Notes under the pieces: generated by a model
The model's database searches: none
Told to the model about the DNA's origin: nothing
Seen by the model: only the letters and a program-made list of their open reading frames with translations
Assembly (NCBI GenBank): GCA_963665665.1
Contig: OY762428.1
Location: forward strand, 3,488,001 to 3,552,000
Direction: 5' to 3'
Source of the DNA: Candidatus Kapaibacterium sp.
GTDB lineage: Bacteria; Bacteroidota; Ignavibacteria; Kapaibacteriales; UBA2268
Length of the DNA: 64,000 nucleotides
Part shown: positions 43,900 through 54,329 of the stretch, one piece after another
Layout: the number at the start of each line of letters is the position of its first letter
How positions within the stretch are numbered: the first letter of the stretch is position 1
Program-made: the position numbers and the translations under genes

Positions 43900-45660
43900 A
43901 TGAAAGACACACGAACCCGTCTCGATGAACTTTTCGGAAAGGCTAAGAGCAGAAAATCTGTTGTAAGCCTGGACGAAGCCCGCGATATAATTTCGGGCAA
44001 ACATAATACTGTTACAACTGATAAACCCAAAATGGGAGGAATTAAAATGAATTACCTACTAACGGCAATTGGTACCGTGGCGGCAGCCGGAATTATATCC
44101 GTCGCTACAATTTTTAATAATCCGAATGATGCCGGAACTCAGAACGCCCCGGTTGTTAATGAAAAAACTGATATTGTTGCCGAGACAAATATCAATAGTA
44201 GTAATGATGATAATAGTCCGGTAATTGAAAACCAGACTTTTGTTGCAACTGAAGATAATAATGCGCCTGAACCTGAAAGGATTTCAGAGAAAAATATCCA
44301 AACCCAAATGAACCGCAAGCCCGTGGACGTTAAGGGTGTCAACCTGATTACCTTAAATGACAATGAAATGAAAGAGTTCGGTCTTAATATCCAGAACGGT
44401 GTATTGAACTTCAGGTTTCTCCCGGTGGATGAAAGCGATCATTTCATGAAGTTGACAAAAGATGACCTGCAGGTTAATATTGGCGAAGAAAACGACTACC
44501 CGCTTTGCACACCGAAATTTATTACTGATAACAAAGGCAACCGCCGTTTCAGCCTGCTTACAAGCGAAGATGCCAACGGATACTTTGCAATGGTGGAATC
44601 GGACGAGGTTCAAAATATTAATATTGATCATGATAAATTGAATAATATCGATGCTGATATTGATATCGATATCGACAAAACTAATATTTTCATCCAGGAT
44701 TCTGACAATATTGAAACCAGCTTAAAGATTGAAATACTGGACAGCAACTTTACCGATAATAAAGAACTTCTTAAGAAGCTGAAAGAGGAGCATGGTATTG
44801 ATGTTGATAACATAATGTCAAAATCCTTTGTATCCGTGAAAGTCAATGACAGCCTGAATGCCCGGGGAAAGATGAATTCCCAGGTATATGTAATGGAAGG
44901 GAAAGATATTCCAAATTTTGCCAATAAAATTGTTGTTGATATCAGGCAAAAATTGATGGAAGAAATGGACGGAGCAGTTGTTATATCCAACGACAGCGTT
45001 GTCCAGGTAAGTGAAAAACAGATAATTGCTTCTTTTTCGGAGAAATACCCGACACTTGATTCTGCATTCGACGGCATGGGCAACGAGCTGACAAAGAAAA
45101 TCATGATAGACCTGAATGACAAAATATTCGATAATAATGTTGAAATGGACGAGCTTATCAGGATAAACAAACTTATTCCCGTAGCAATCGATCTTGATAA
45201 AACGGATGATATTGAATTTGACTATATTTTCTGGTTCGATCCTACAGCTGATATTATAAACAAACTGCCGGAAGATGTACAGGCAAGGCTGGAACCGGAG
45301 CTGTTAGCGCTCAGCGAAACAAGCAGCATTTGCGAGGCTGCTGCTATTGCAGGCGAAGACAGCTACTTAGATGTATGGCGCGCATGCAGCGGATCTATCG
45401 AAAACCTTAAGGTATATCCCAACCCTACAAGTGGCAAAGTAAACCTTAATTATGAATTGATAGACAAGAGAAATGTGACTGTTTCACTGCATGATATGTT
45501 TGGAAATAAAATTAAGACATTGCAGAATTCTGCTGCTACAAATATGGGCGAGATTAATAAGGAGTTTGTTCTTGACGGGCTGGAAGCAGGTATGTACCTG
45601 ATAGTTGTTCAGACTGATAAGGACGAACAGGCGGTTCAAAGAGTAATTTTACGAAAATAG
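43900..45660 (+). CDS. Putative anti-sigma-like protein with C-terminal T9SS sorting domain
   Basis: ~50-aa hydrophilic N-terminus, one hydrophobic segment, acidic body, LKVYPNPT...GMYLIVV...QRVILRK. Confidence 0.75.
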   Translation: MKDTRTRLDELFGKAKSRKSVVSLDEARDIISGKHNTVTTDKPKMGGIKMNYLLTAIGTVAAAGIISVATIFNNPNDAGTQNAPVVNEKTDIVAETNINSSNDDNSPVIENQTFVATEDNNAPEPERISEKNIQTQMNRKPVDVKGVNLITLNDNEMKEFGLNIQNGVLNFRFLPVDESDHFMKLTKDDLQVNIGEENDYPLCTPKFITDNKGNRRFSLLTSEDANGYFAMVESDEVQNINIDHDKLNNIDADIDIDIDKTNIFIQDSDNIETSLKIEILDSNFTDNKELLKKLKEEHGIDVDNIMSKSFVSVKVNDSLNARGKMNSQVYVMEGKDIPNFANKIVVDIRQKLMEEMDGAVVISNDSVVQVSEKQIIASFSEKYPTLDSAFDGMGNELTKKIMIDLNDKIFDNNVEMDELIRINKLIPVAIDLDKTDDIEFDYIFWFDPTADIINKLPEDVQARLEPELLALSETSSICEAAAIAGEDSYLDVWRACSGSIENLKVYPNPTSGKVNLNYELIDKRNVTVSLHDMFGNKIKTLQNSAATNMGEINKEFVLDGLEAGMYLIVVQTDKDEQAVQRVILRK

Positions 45661-45683
45661 ACAGAACTTGTTCTCTCATTTTC

Positions 45684-45720
45684 TTCCTGTCGGGTTTTAT
45701 ATTCGGCAGGATTTTTTTTG
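45684..45720 (+). terminator. Rho-independent terminator
   Basis: TCCTGTCGGG...TTCGGCAGGA followed by a T run. Confidence 0.7.
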
Positions 45721-45958
45721 CCTTTTTGGATAGACGTGGTGCAACTGGCTATTCAAGTTTATATTTATTCGATGGATAATAAAATTGCCGAAACGGGTTT
45801 GCCACATAAGGAGTAAGCTCGATATTGCATGGATAAATTTTCAGGAAAAAAGAATATTGAAAAAGAAAAAATACTTTCCCTGATTACAATTTTTTATTTT
45901 ATTAGTTGTTATTTAAAAAGAACTATTAATAAATTTTATTAATCATTTTGTGATATTT

Positions 45959-46186
45959 ATGAAAATTCTGCAGGTTAAAATACCGGATCGCCTCGAAATA
46001 AATGAAGATGACATATCGATGCTGATAGCAGCGAAATTATACGAAGATGCAAAAATATCTGCCGGCGAGGCGGCGGAAATAGCAGGACTTTCTAAAAGAG
46101 CATTTATCGAATTGCTCGGCAGGTACGGTGTTTCTGTTTTCAGTAGTTCTGTTTCTGACCTTTATGAAGACATTTCAAATGCATAG
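45959..46186 (+). CDS. UPF0175 family HTH protein (putative antitoxin)
   Basis: AAKLYEDAKISAGEAAEIAGLSKRAFIELLGRYGV. Confidence 0.85.
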   Translation: MKILQVKIPDRLEINEDDISMLIAAKLYEDAKISAGEAAEIAGLSKRAFIELLGRYGVSVFSSSVSDLYEDISNA

Positions 46187-46238
46187 AATTGTAATTTCAG
46201 ATACCAGCACATTAATAATTTTCCAATTTTTTTTTTAA
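46179..46238 (+). pseudogene. Truncated DUF3368-like PIN-domain toxin remnant
   Basis: Overlapping ATG gives MHRIVISDTSTLIIFQ then a T10 run and stop; IVISDTS is the typical PIN beta1-Asp start. Confidence 0.65.
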
Positions 46239-46457
46239 AACAGCTATAGTTTTCTTATCCATTCAAGCCGCTGGACATCTTGCCCGCAATAAATGAACCA
46301 GGCCCGCCAAATCTATGATTGAAACACCCCCCGTAAACTGCGGAATGAGAATGAATCAACATAAAATTTATGCAGAAAAGGATTGAAAAGAAAGAAAGTT
46401 AAATTCTTTTTATTAGTTTTGTATAAAAGGAGAAACATTTATCAATAAGGAAAAGTT

Positions 46458-47936
46458 ATGAGAAAATATATTATCACAATAATTATTATAGTAATTTCAA
46501 CAGGCAATATCGGCCTGTCTTCCGAATGGAAGGCTGTTGCTCATAGGGTACATCCTGATGTTTTAAACTTAATAACTAACAGATCCGGTGAATTGTTTTA
46601 TGCAGCACAGATTGCAGATGACTTGGGTAACGATATTTATTGTTACAATACAATGCTATATCACTCTTCAGATGCGGGATATACCTGGGATGAGTTTCTA
46701 AGAATTCCGACAAAGGTTTTTGGAGGGGATACAAATGTTGTCTTTGATGGATATTCTAGCTCATTATTTTTTAATCCTTTTAAATCTCAGATGGTTGAAG
46801 ATAGTATAATCTATATTTTTCTAAAGTATGAAAGATATTTCTTAAAAAGTAAAGATACCGGAAAAACCTGGAATGCTTATGAAATGCCTGGGCTATACAA
46901 CCTGTTTCAAAGGGATATGATTATTTTAATTGATATGTTTGATGAAAATATTGGATCTGCCAAAGTATATAATGACACAGCGGGTACACATTTGATCCTT
47001 ACCGAAGACCAATGGGAGACTGTTGAATTAATGCCTTTTCCCGGAACAAATGAAAAAATGATTTATTATAGTTATTCTCGTCCTGAAAAAGATGTATTCT
47101 ATTTTTCATGTCGAGACTGGGCTGTCCATGATAGTAATGACAATTATGAAAGCGATCCCAACTTTTACTATTTATCCAAAACAACTGACAGGGGAGAAAC
47201 ATGGGCGGAATACAAGAACAATCATTATGTTCTTGATCTTGAAATAACAATGGCAGACAAAAATAAAGGATATATGTACGGAGGCCAGTTAGACTCTGTT
47301 TATACCGAATCTCCCTTCTTAGTAAATGTTATATACCAAACCCTTGACGGCGGGGAAAGCTGGCAAAGAATATTAAATGTTCGGGACAGCGCACAGGGTA
47401 TAAAGGAATTAGTATATATTGACAGCCTGAATATGATAGCAAGCAGTCGTTATTCAAGAAGAACCCAGTCTCCAAGCCCGTTTTGTTTTTATCATACCTA
47501 CGACGGTGGCAAGACATGGGAGAGGAAATTTATGGAAGATTCAACATTCGGTAGTTCAGTTGGTTCTCCCCGCAATCTTGTCGTAGCCAATAAAGATGAA
47601 GCATATTGTAAGATGATGTGGAATATATTTGCCTACACGGACAGGGAAGTTGGAGTTGATGAAACTATTGGCAATGAAGAGCCTTTGTTACAGATCAGCC
47701 CTAATCCGGTCAGGCGCGGAGAGGGAGCCGTATTGTCTTACTCCGGAATCGGCATGGAGCCTGTTGACGTAAGCGTGTATGATCTTAGCGGCAGGCAGGT
47801 CGACAGTTTCCAAATACGCCATCCCGAATGGGGCGAAGCCGTTTATATGCTTCCCGGCAACATCGGCAGCGGAGTTTACATTGTGCATTTTAACGTAAAT
47901 AATAAGAATCTGTCGGCTAAGCTGGTGGTTGAATGA
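46458..47936 (+). CDS. BNR/Asp-box beta-propeller protein with T9SS sorting domain (paralog A1)
   Basis: SSDAGYTW, SKDTGKTW, TTDRGETW, TLDGGESW, TYDGGKTW; ISPNPV...GVYIV...KLVVE. Confidence 0.85.
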   Translation: MRKYIITIIIIVISTGNIGLSSEWKAVAHRVHPDVLNLITNRSGELFYAAQIADDLGNDIYCYNTMLYHSSDAGYTWDEFLRIPTKVFGGDTNVVFDGYSSSLFFNPFKSQMVEDSIIYIFLKYERYFLKSKDTGKTWNAYEMPGLYNLFQRDMIILIDMFDENIGSAKVYNDTAGTHLILTEDQWETVELMPFPGTNEKMIYYSYSRPEKDVFYFSCRDWAVHDSNDNYESDPNFYYLSKTTDRGETWAEYKNNHYVLDLEITMADKNKGYMYGGQLDSVYTESPFLVNVIYQTLDGGESWQRILNVRDSAQGIKELVYIDSLNMIASSRYSRRTQSPSPFCFYHTYDGGKTWERKFMEDSTFGSSVGSPRNLVVANKDEAYCKMMWNIFAYTDREVGVDETIGNEEPLLQISPNPVRRGEGAVLSYSGIGMEPVDVSVYDLSGRQVDSFQIRHPEWGEAVYMLPGNIGSGVYIVHFNVNNKNLSAKLVVE

Positions 47937-47957
47937 TTGATTCATTAAGGAAAAGTT

Positions 47958-49451
47958 ATGAGAAAATATTTGATACTGATAATACTATTTGTTTTCACAA
48001 TCGCCGACGCCGGGCAGTGGAAAATTACAAGTAATATGCACCCCATGGACTACTATACACTGAGATTAGACAAACAGGGTATTCCATACTTTTTCCATTC
48101 CTATGGGCGCAGTGACGGATATTCGATAAAAGGGTATTCAGAACTGATGAGATCAACGGATAAAGGCCAATCATGGGAATCCTTTTTCAATATTGAGTGG
48201 ACCAAGAGAGATAGTATTCAGGGATATAATACTGAACACTTTCATGATGTAATACAGTTTGAGGCAATTACTGACAGTGCTTTCTTTTTGTTTTTTGATA
48301 AAACGGTTCTATTCATGAAGAGTGCTGATAGAGGAGAAAACTGGAATATTCTTGTCAGAGCCGATACCGGAAAAAGAGAAGCAGGTGATTTTTCTTGTGG
48401 TTCAATTATTGGGCCAATGATGTTTAGTGAAAATGTTGGCTATTTTAATTATATTGATCAAACAAAAATATATTTTACTTATGACGGTTGGAAAACAATT
48501 GAGAAAATCCCTTTCCCGAAAGATAGCACTGTTGTCTATTCAAGCCAATGGGTCGAAGGTGATGTTCAGTTTTTTAACAGGGCAAATCTTCAAAAGTATC
48601 CCAATATTTGGGACAGGTACAAATATGCTGATTTTCACACTATACTTAAGACAACAGACAGAGGCCAAACCTGGACAGAGTATGAAAACTCGGACAGCGT
48701 TCTGGCATCAAGAATAAAATTTATAAACAAGAACCTTGGCTTTAAATATGGCAATAAATATGACCCCGATTATCCGGAATCTGAATACAAAGTAAATGTG
48801 ATTTACAGGACAACTGATGGCGGAGAAAGCTGGGATAATATCCTGTTTAAACGGGATAGTTCCCTGACAACAGGAGACGGTATCAGATATTTTGTATATA
48901 TAGACAGCCTGAATTATGTTGCCACACCCTGTAATACTTTCAAGCATAATGCTCCTGAAACCGGTTATCATATTTTCTATCATACAAGTGATGCAGGTGA
49001 AACCTGGACAACTGAATATTTTAACGAAAACATCAGCGACGGCAGCTATGAAGAGATAAAGGACAGGGCAAAAATATCCATGCTTAGGGCATCAAGCCCT
49101 GAAACAATGTATTGCCAGATTAAAAAATGGTGTGCCAGGTATTTCCCTGATGGCGTTGGTGTTGAAGAAATGACGGTGCCCGATAACTATACAGATATTC
49201 AGATATATCCAAGCCCGGCATTGCCGGGAAGCAGCGTAAATCTCTTTCCGGGAGCCAAAGTAAAGGGCAGTTTCACGGCAGAATTATATAATATACGAAG
49301 TGAAATGGTCAGCCGGATAGTTTATGATGACTACCTTGATGGCAGCGTATTGTTCAAAATACCGGCATCTATTCCTGCAGGAGTTTATATCCTTGGTATT
49401 TTGGATAAAGAAGGCAATTTCAAGGGCAGGCCATTAGTGGTTGGGGAATAG
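47958..49451 (+). CDS. BNR/Asp-box protein with T9SS sorting domain (paralog B1)
   Basis: STDKGQSW, SADRGENW, TTDRGQTW, TTDGGESW; IYPSPA...GVYIL. Confidence 0.85.
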   Translation: MRKYLILIILFVFTIADAGQWKITSNMHPMDYYTLRLDKQGIPYFFHSYGRSDGYSIKGYSELMRSTDKGQSWESFFNIEWTKRDSIQGYNTEHFHDVIQFEAITDSAFFLFFDKTVLFMKSADRGENWNILVRADTGKREAGDFSCGSIIGPMMFSENVGYFNYIDQTKIYFTYDGWKTIEKIPFPKDSTVVYSSQWVEGDVQFFNRANLQKYPNIWDRYKYADFHTILKTTDRGQTWTEYENSDSVLASRIKFINKNLGFKYGNKYDPDYPESEYKVNVIYRTTDGGESWDNILFKRDSSLTTGDGIRYFVYIDSLNYVATPCNTFKHNAPETGYHIFYHTSDAGETWTTEYFNENISDGSYEEIKDRAKISMLRASSPETMYCQIKKWCARYFPDGVGVEEMTVPDNYTDIQIYPSPALPGSSVNLFPGAKVKGSFTAELYNIRSEMVSRIVYDDYLDGSVLFKIPASIPAGVYILGILDKEGNFKGRPLVVGE

Positions 49452-49568
49452 TTAATTAGTTACGACCCCTCCTTCGGATCCCGACAAGCCGGGACAGGGC
49501 AGGTTTGGGGAGGTCAGAGATAAAAGTTGGTACTTTTGTTAATTTTTAATGTTCAATAAGGAAATGTT

Positions 49569-51047
49569 ATGAGAAAATATTTGATACTGATAATTTTAAT
49601 TCTAATTTCAACAGGCAATTTTGCCATGTCTTCAGAATGGAAGGCCACTAGCAAAAGGATACATTCCAAATTTTTAAACCTCGTAACAAATACAAACGGA
49701 GACTTATTTTATGCTTCAGAAATAATTGACAGAACTGAAACCGGAATATGTGATAATACAGTAATTTTTCATTCATCAGACGCAGGGCTGACATGGATCG
49801 AGAAAATAAGAATACCAACTTATACAATTCCTGGTGATACTAATACAACATTTGATGGATTTTCAGGAAGTAAATTTCATTCTCCCTTTAAATCTCAAAT
49901 TGTCAATGATAGTATAATATATATTTTCCTTGATCTTAATAATTTCATAATTAAAAGTAAAGATTTCGGAAAGACTTGGAATGCTTTTGAAAAACATGGA
50001 TTAAAAGATGTTTCTGTTAGTAGTGAGTTATTGATGATCGATATGTTGGATGAGAAAACCGGTTCAGCAAAAATTTATAGTGATTTAATTTTCACGCATA
50101 TGTATTTAACAGATGATGCCTGGGAGTCATTTGAATTAATGCCTTTTCCTGAAAACAGGGATAGCATGATATATTTTGGCTATAGCCGCCCGGAAAAAGA
50201 TGTATTCTATTTTTCATGCCGTAATTGGTGGGTATATGAACAAGATAAAGAAAATTATGAAAGCCGTCCCGAGTTTTACTATATATCCAAAACAACAGAC
50301 AGGGGAAAGACCTGGCAAGAATATGAGAACAATCATTATGTTCTTGATCTTGAAATAACAATGGCAGACAAAAATAAAGGATATATTTACGGAGGCCAGT
50401 TAGACTCTGTTTATACCGAATCACCATATTTAGTAAACGTTATATACCAAACACTTGACGGCGGGGAAAGCTGGCAAAGAATATTAAATGTTCGGGACAG
50501 CGCACAGGGTATTAACGAATTAGTATATATTGACAGCCTTAATATGATAGCAAGCAGTCGTTATTCAAGAAGGACCCAGTCTCCAAGTCCGTTTTGTTTT
50601 TATCATACCTACGACGGTGGCAAGACATGGGAGAGGAAATTTATGGAAGATTCAACATTCGGTAGTTCAGTTGGTTCTCCCCGCAATCTTGTCGTAGCCA
50701 ATAAGGATGAAGCATATTGTAAGATGATGTGGAATATATTTGCCTATACGGACAGGGAAGTTGGCGTTTATGAAACTATTGGCAATGAAGAGCCTTTGTT
50801 ACAGATCAGCCCTAATCCGGTCAGGCGCGGAGAGGGCGCCGTATTGTCTTACTCCGGAATCGGCATGGGGCCTGTTGACGTTAGCGTGTATGATCTTAGC
50901 GGCAGGCTGATTGATAATTTCCAAATACGCCATCCGGAATGGGGCGAAGCCGTTTATATGCTTCCCGGTAACATCGGCAGCGGCGTTTACATTGTGCATT
51001 TTAATTTTATGGGTAAGAATCTGTCAGCTAAGCTGGTGGTTGAATGA
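49569..51047 (+). CDS. BNR/Asp-box protein with T9SS sorting domain (paralog A2)
   Basis: Colinear with A1 at an offset of 3111 bp; C-terminal half nearly identical. Confidence 0.85.
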   Translation: MRKYLILIILILISTGNFAMSSEWKATSKRIHSKFLNLVTNTNGDLFYASEIIDRTETGICDNTVIFHSSDAGLTWIEKIRIPTYTIPGDTNTTFDGFSGSKFHSPFKSQIVNDSIIYIFLDLNNFIIKSKDFGKTWNAFEKHGLKDVSVSSELLMIDMLDEKTGSAKIYSDLIFTHMYLTDDAWESFELMPFPENRDSMIYFGYSRPEKDVFYFSCRNWWVYEQDKENYESRPEFYYISKTTDRGKTWQEYENNHYVLDLEITMADKNKGYIYGGQLDSVYTESPYLVNVIYQTLDGGESWQRILNVRDSAQGINELVYIDSLNMIASSRYSRRTQSPSPFCFYHTYDGGKTWERKFMEDSTFGSSVGSPRNLVVANKDEAYCKMMWNIFAYTDREVGVYETIGNEEPLLQISPNPVRRGEGAVLSYSGIGMGPVDVSVYDLSGRLIDNFQIRHPEWGEAVYMLPGNIGSGVYIVHFNFMGKNLSAKLVVE

Positions 51048-51197
51048 TTAATTTCGACCCCTCCCAAACACACGTAAGGGGCCGCGCCTCCCAGAAGGGA
51101 GGGCTTTGCAGTAAGCCCCTCCTTCGGAGGGGTTTGGGGAGGTCAGAGATAAAAGTTGGTAACATTGTTAATTTTAAATTTTCATTAAGGAAAAGTT

Positions 51198-52688
51198 ATG
51201 AGAAAATATTTGATACTAATAATACTATTTGTTTTCACAATCGCCGACGCCGGGCAATGGAAAGTTGTAAGTAACACGCGGGCAATGGACTCAAACACCC
51301 TTAGGATCGATAAACAAGGGAGACCCTATTTCTTTCATTCTTTTGGACGAAGTGACGGATATTCAATCAAAGGATATTCGGAATTGAAGAGATCAACAGA
51401 TAAAGGCCAATCATGGGAACCACTTTTAAGTATTGAGTGGACAAAGAGGGATAGTATCCAGGGATATTGTTCGGATAATTTTAGTGAAGTATCTCAATTT
51501 TCCGTTGTAAATGACAGCGTGTTTTTCCTTTTTTTCAAACATAATCTTCTTTTTATGAAAAGTACTAATCATGGCGAAAGCTGGAATGTTCATGTCAGAG
51601 CGGATACCGGAAAAAGTAAAGAAGGGAAATACACTTGTGGCGAGATCAGCAGAATACAAATGTTTGATGAAAATATTGGTTATTTCAATTATTCAGACGA
51701 AACAAAGATATATTTTACATTTGACGGTTGGGAAACAATTGAGAAAATTAATTTCCCTGATGATAGTACGGATGTTTTTCAAAATAAATGGGTTAAAGGT
51801 GATGTGCTTTACTTCAGTATTGGTGATAGTAAGAAATATCCGAATTTCAAGGATAGATACAGGTACGCGGACTATCATTCTATATTGAAATCAACAGACC
51901 GTGGAAAAACATGGACATCATATGAAAACGATGATAGCGTTTTAGTTACAAGAATCGATTTTGTTGATAAGAATATTGGATTTAAATGGGGGATGAAATA
52001 TGACCCAGACTATCCTGAATCGGAATACAAAGTAAATGTGATATACAGGACGACTGATGGTGGAGAGAGTTGGGAAAATATATTGTTTAAGCGTGACAGT
52101 TCACAGACATGGGGAGAGGGAATCAGACGGTTTGTATATATGGACAGCCTGAATTACGTTGCCACTCCCTGCAATACTTATAAGCATAATGCTTCTGAAA
52201 CCGGACATCAAATTTTTTATCATACAAGTGATGCCGGAGAAACCTGGACTACAGAATATTTCAATGAGATTATCAGCGACGGCAGTTATGATAGAATCAC
52301 TGAGGATTCGAGAATTAACAATCTACAGGCAATAAATCCTGAATCAATATATTGTCAGATTTATAAATGGTGTTGCAGATATTTTCCTGACGGCGTTGAT
52401 GTGGAAGAAATGACGACACCTGAAAATTATACAGATATTCAGATATATCCAAGTCCGGCCTTACAGGGAAGCAGCGTTAATCTCTATCCGGGAGCCAAAG
52501 TAAAGGGCAGTTTCACGGCAGAATTATATAATATCCGTAGTGATATGGTCAGCCGGATAGTTTATGATAACTACCTTGATGGTAGCGTATTGTTCAAAAT
52601 ACCGGAATCAATTCCGGCTGGAGTTTATATACTTGGCATCATGGATAAAGATGGCAATTTCAAAGGCAGGCCCTTGGTGGTGGAATAA
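51198..52688 (+). CDS. BNR/Asp-box protein with T9SS sorting domain (paralog B2)
   Basis: Colinear paralog of B1. Confidence 0.85.
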   Translation: MRKYLILIILFVFTIADAGQWKVVSNTRAMDSNTLRIDKQGRPYFFHSFGRSDGYSIKGYSELKRSTDKGQSWEPLLSIEWTKRDSIQGYCSDNFSEVSQFSVVNDSVFFLFFKHNLLFMKSTNHGESWNVHVRADTGKSKEGKYTCGEISRIQMFDENIGYFNYSDETKIYFTFDGWETIEKINFPDDSTDVFQNKWVKGDVLYFSIGDSKKYPNFKDRYRYADYHSILKSTDRGKTWTSYENDDSVLVTRIDFVDKNIGFKWGMKYDPDYPESEYKVNVIYRTTDGGESWENILFKRDSSQTWGEGIRRFVYMDSLNYVATPCNTYKHNASETGHQIFYHTSDAGETWTTEYFNEIISDGSYDRITEDSRINNLQAINPESIYCQIYKWCCRYFPDGVDVEEMTTPENYTDIQIYPSPALQGSSVNLYPGAKVKGSFTAELYNIRSDMVSRIVYDNYLDGSVLFKIPESIPAGVYILGIMDKDGNFKGRPLVVE

Positions 52689-52689
52689 T

Positions 52690-54002
52690 TAATTAGTTAC
52701 GACCCCTCCCAAACCCTCCCCGAAGGGGAGGGCAAAAAGTTCAAAGCCCCTCCTTCGGATCCCGACAAGTCGTGGACAGGGCGGGTTTGGGGAGGTCAGA
52801 GCCAATGCACCAAAGTTTGAACCTATTGCTGCCTTGGTCGGAGTCATTGCCGCCCTGTTCGTAAGCAAAGAAAGAAAACCACCCCTGTATTCCCCTCCTA
52901 CTTTAGGAGGGGATAAGAAATTAAATATCATAAGATTAACTCCCCCTCCTTCCGAAGGAGGGGGCCGGGGGGAGGTAGGAAGGGTCGAAAGCAAAGCACC
53001 ACTGGTTTATTCTATTATTGCCTTATTCTTCTTCAAAGCCCTCTCCTTCGGGGAGGGTTTGGGAGGGGTCAGAATCATTGCTGCCTTGTTTGAAGATAAT
53101 GAACTCTTGGTTGAAGCTATTGCAGCAATGTTTTACTTCAAAGCCCTCTCCTTCGGGGAGGGTTTGGGAGGGGTCCAAATCATTGTACTGATGTTTGAAG
53201 ATAATGAACTCTTGGTCGACACTATTGCAGCAATGTTTTGCTTTATTGCTGCCTTGTTCGAAGTCATTGCTGCCTTGTTTGAAGGCATTGAACTCTTGTT
53301 CGGAGGCAAAGAACATGTTCAATAAGGCCAAACAAGCGTGGGATAAAGTCAAACAAGCGTGGGATGAGGCCAAACAAGCGTGGGATAAAGTCAAACAAGC
53401 GTGGGATAAAGTCAAACAAGCGTGGGATAAAGTCAAACAAGCGTGGGATAAAGTCAAACAAGCGTGGGATGAGGCCAAACAAGCGTGGGATAAAGTCAAA
53501 CAAGCGTGGGATGAGGCCAAACAAGCGTGGGATAAAGTCAAACAAGCGTGGGATAAAGTCAAACAAGCGTGGGATAAAGTCAAACAAGCGTGGAATGAGG
53601 CCAAATTTCACTACAATAAGGCCAAACAGTGCTTCAATACCACCGGCCAAGGAAGTATAAAGCCCTGCCAACAAAGCAATTAGCCCAAACATCATGGTTT
53701 TGATTAAAAACAGTATTGAAATAAGGAAATTATCCGATTCATTGAAACCACAGGATGGGGAATTAAGGCCGGCGGCCTGTTCATTGGGGTGTAAGAACGG
53801 ATAAACTGAGCAAAAGAATGAGATGTTATGTTGTCATTCCCCGACACGTCGGGGCAGGCTTCCGGAGCTTGCGACTGAAGAATCCGTCTTTGTTTGCAGA
53901 TAGTGTATGAAGAATGGATTCTTCGCTGTCGCTCAGAATGACATCCAGTTTTACTTTCGTCAAATTCAATTGCCACGTGCTTTAGCTCGTGGATAAAGAC
54001 GC
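52690..54002. repeat. Composite dispersed element, copy 3 (AT core absent)
   Basis: REP doublet at ~52873-52985, array B fragments, array A at 53330-53602, tail homologous to ~10890-11087. Confidence 0.8.
53330..53602 (+). repeat. Near-perfect 21-bp tandem array, 13 units of two main types
   Basis: 9 x AAACAAGCGTGGGATAAAGTC, 3 x AAACAAGCGTGGGATGAGGCC, 1 x AAACAAGCGTGGAATGAGGCC. Confidence 0.95.
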
Positions 54003-54329
54003 AACGTCCCGAAGACTAAGAAAAAGAAACCACCCCTGCCTGTCCCGACGTGTCGGGAACTCGCTGCGTTCGCCACACCTCAACGAGGGGAATTTTCCGG
54101 AATTCCACCCCCGCCCTTTCCCGACTCGTCGGCGCCAGCGTGGGACATAGAGCCTCCTTCCCAAGCCCCCGCTTGGGAAGGAATATTTCTTGCAAAGTTC
54201 TACTTTGAAATAGAGAAGCTCAGCTTCAAAAGAAAACTGCATTACGAAGTATAACTTCGTAATGAGGGGAATAATCGACAGCGGCGTAGCCGCGACATTT
54301 TTGTAGAAAGGCGAATCCGGAAAGGACAA

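Noticed and set aside
46458-52688. Diversity-generating retroelement
   Set aside because: No reverse transcriptase in the window; paralog differences span whole N-terminal halves and are not adenine-specific
53330-53602. CRISPR array or a normal gene (KQAWDKV ORF 53195-53683)
   Set aside because: No spacers; several frames are open simply because the 21-mer lacks stops; the ORF start lies in repeat sequence
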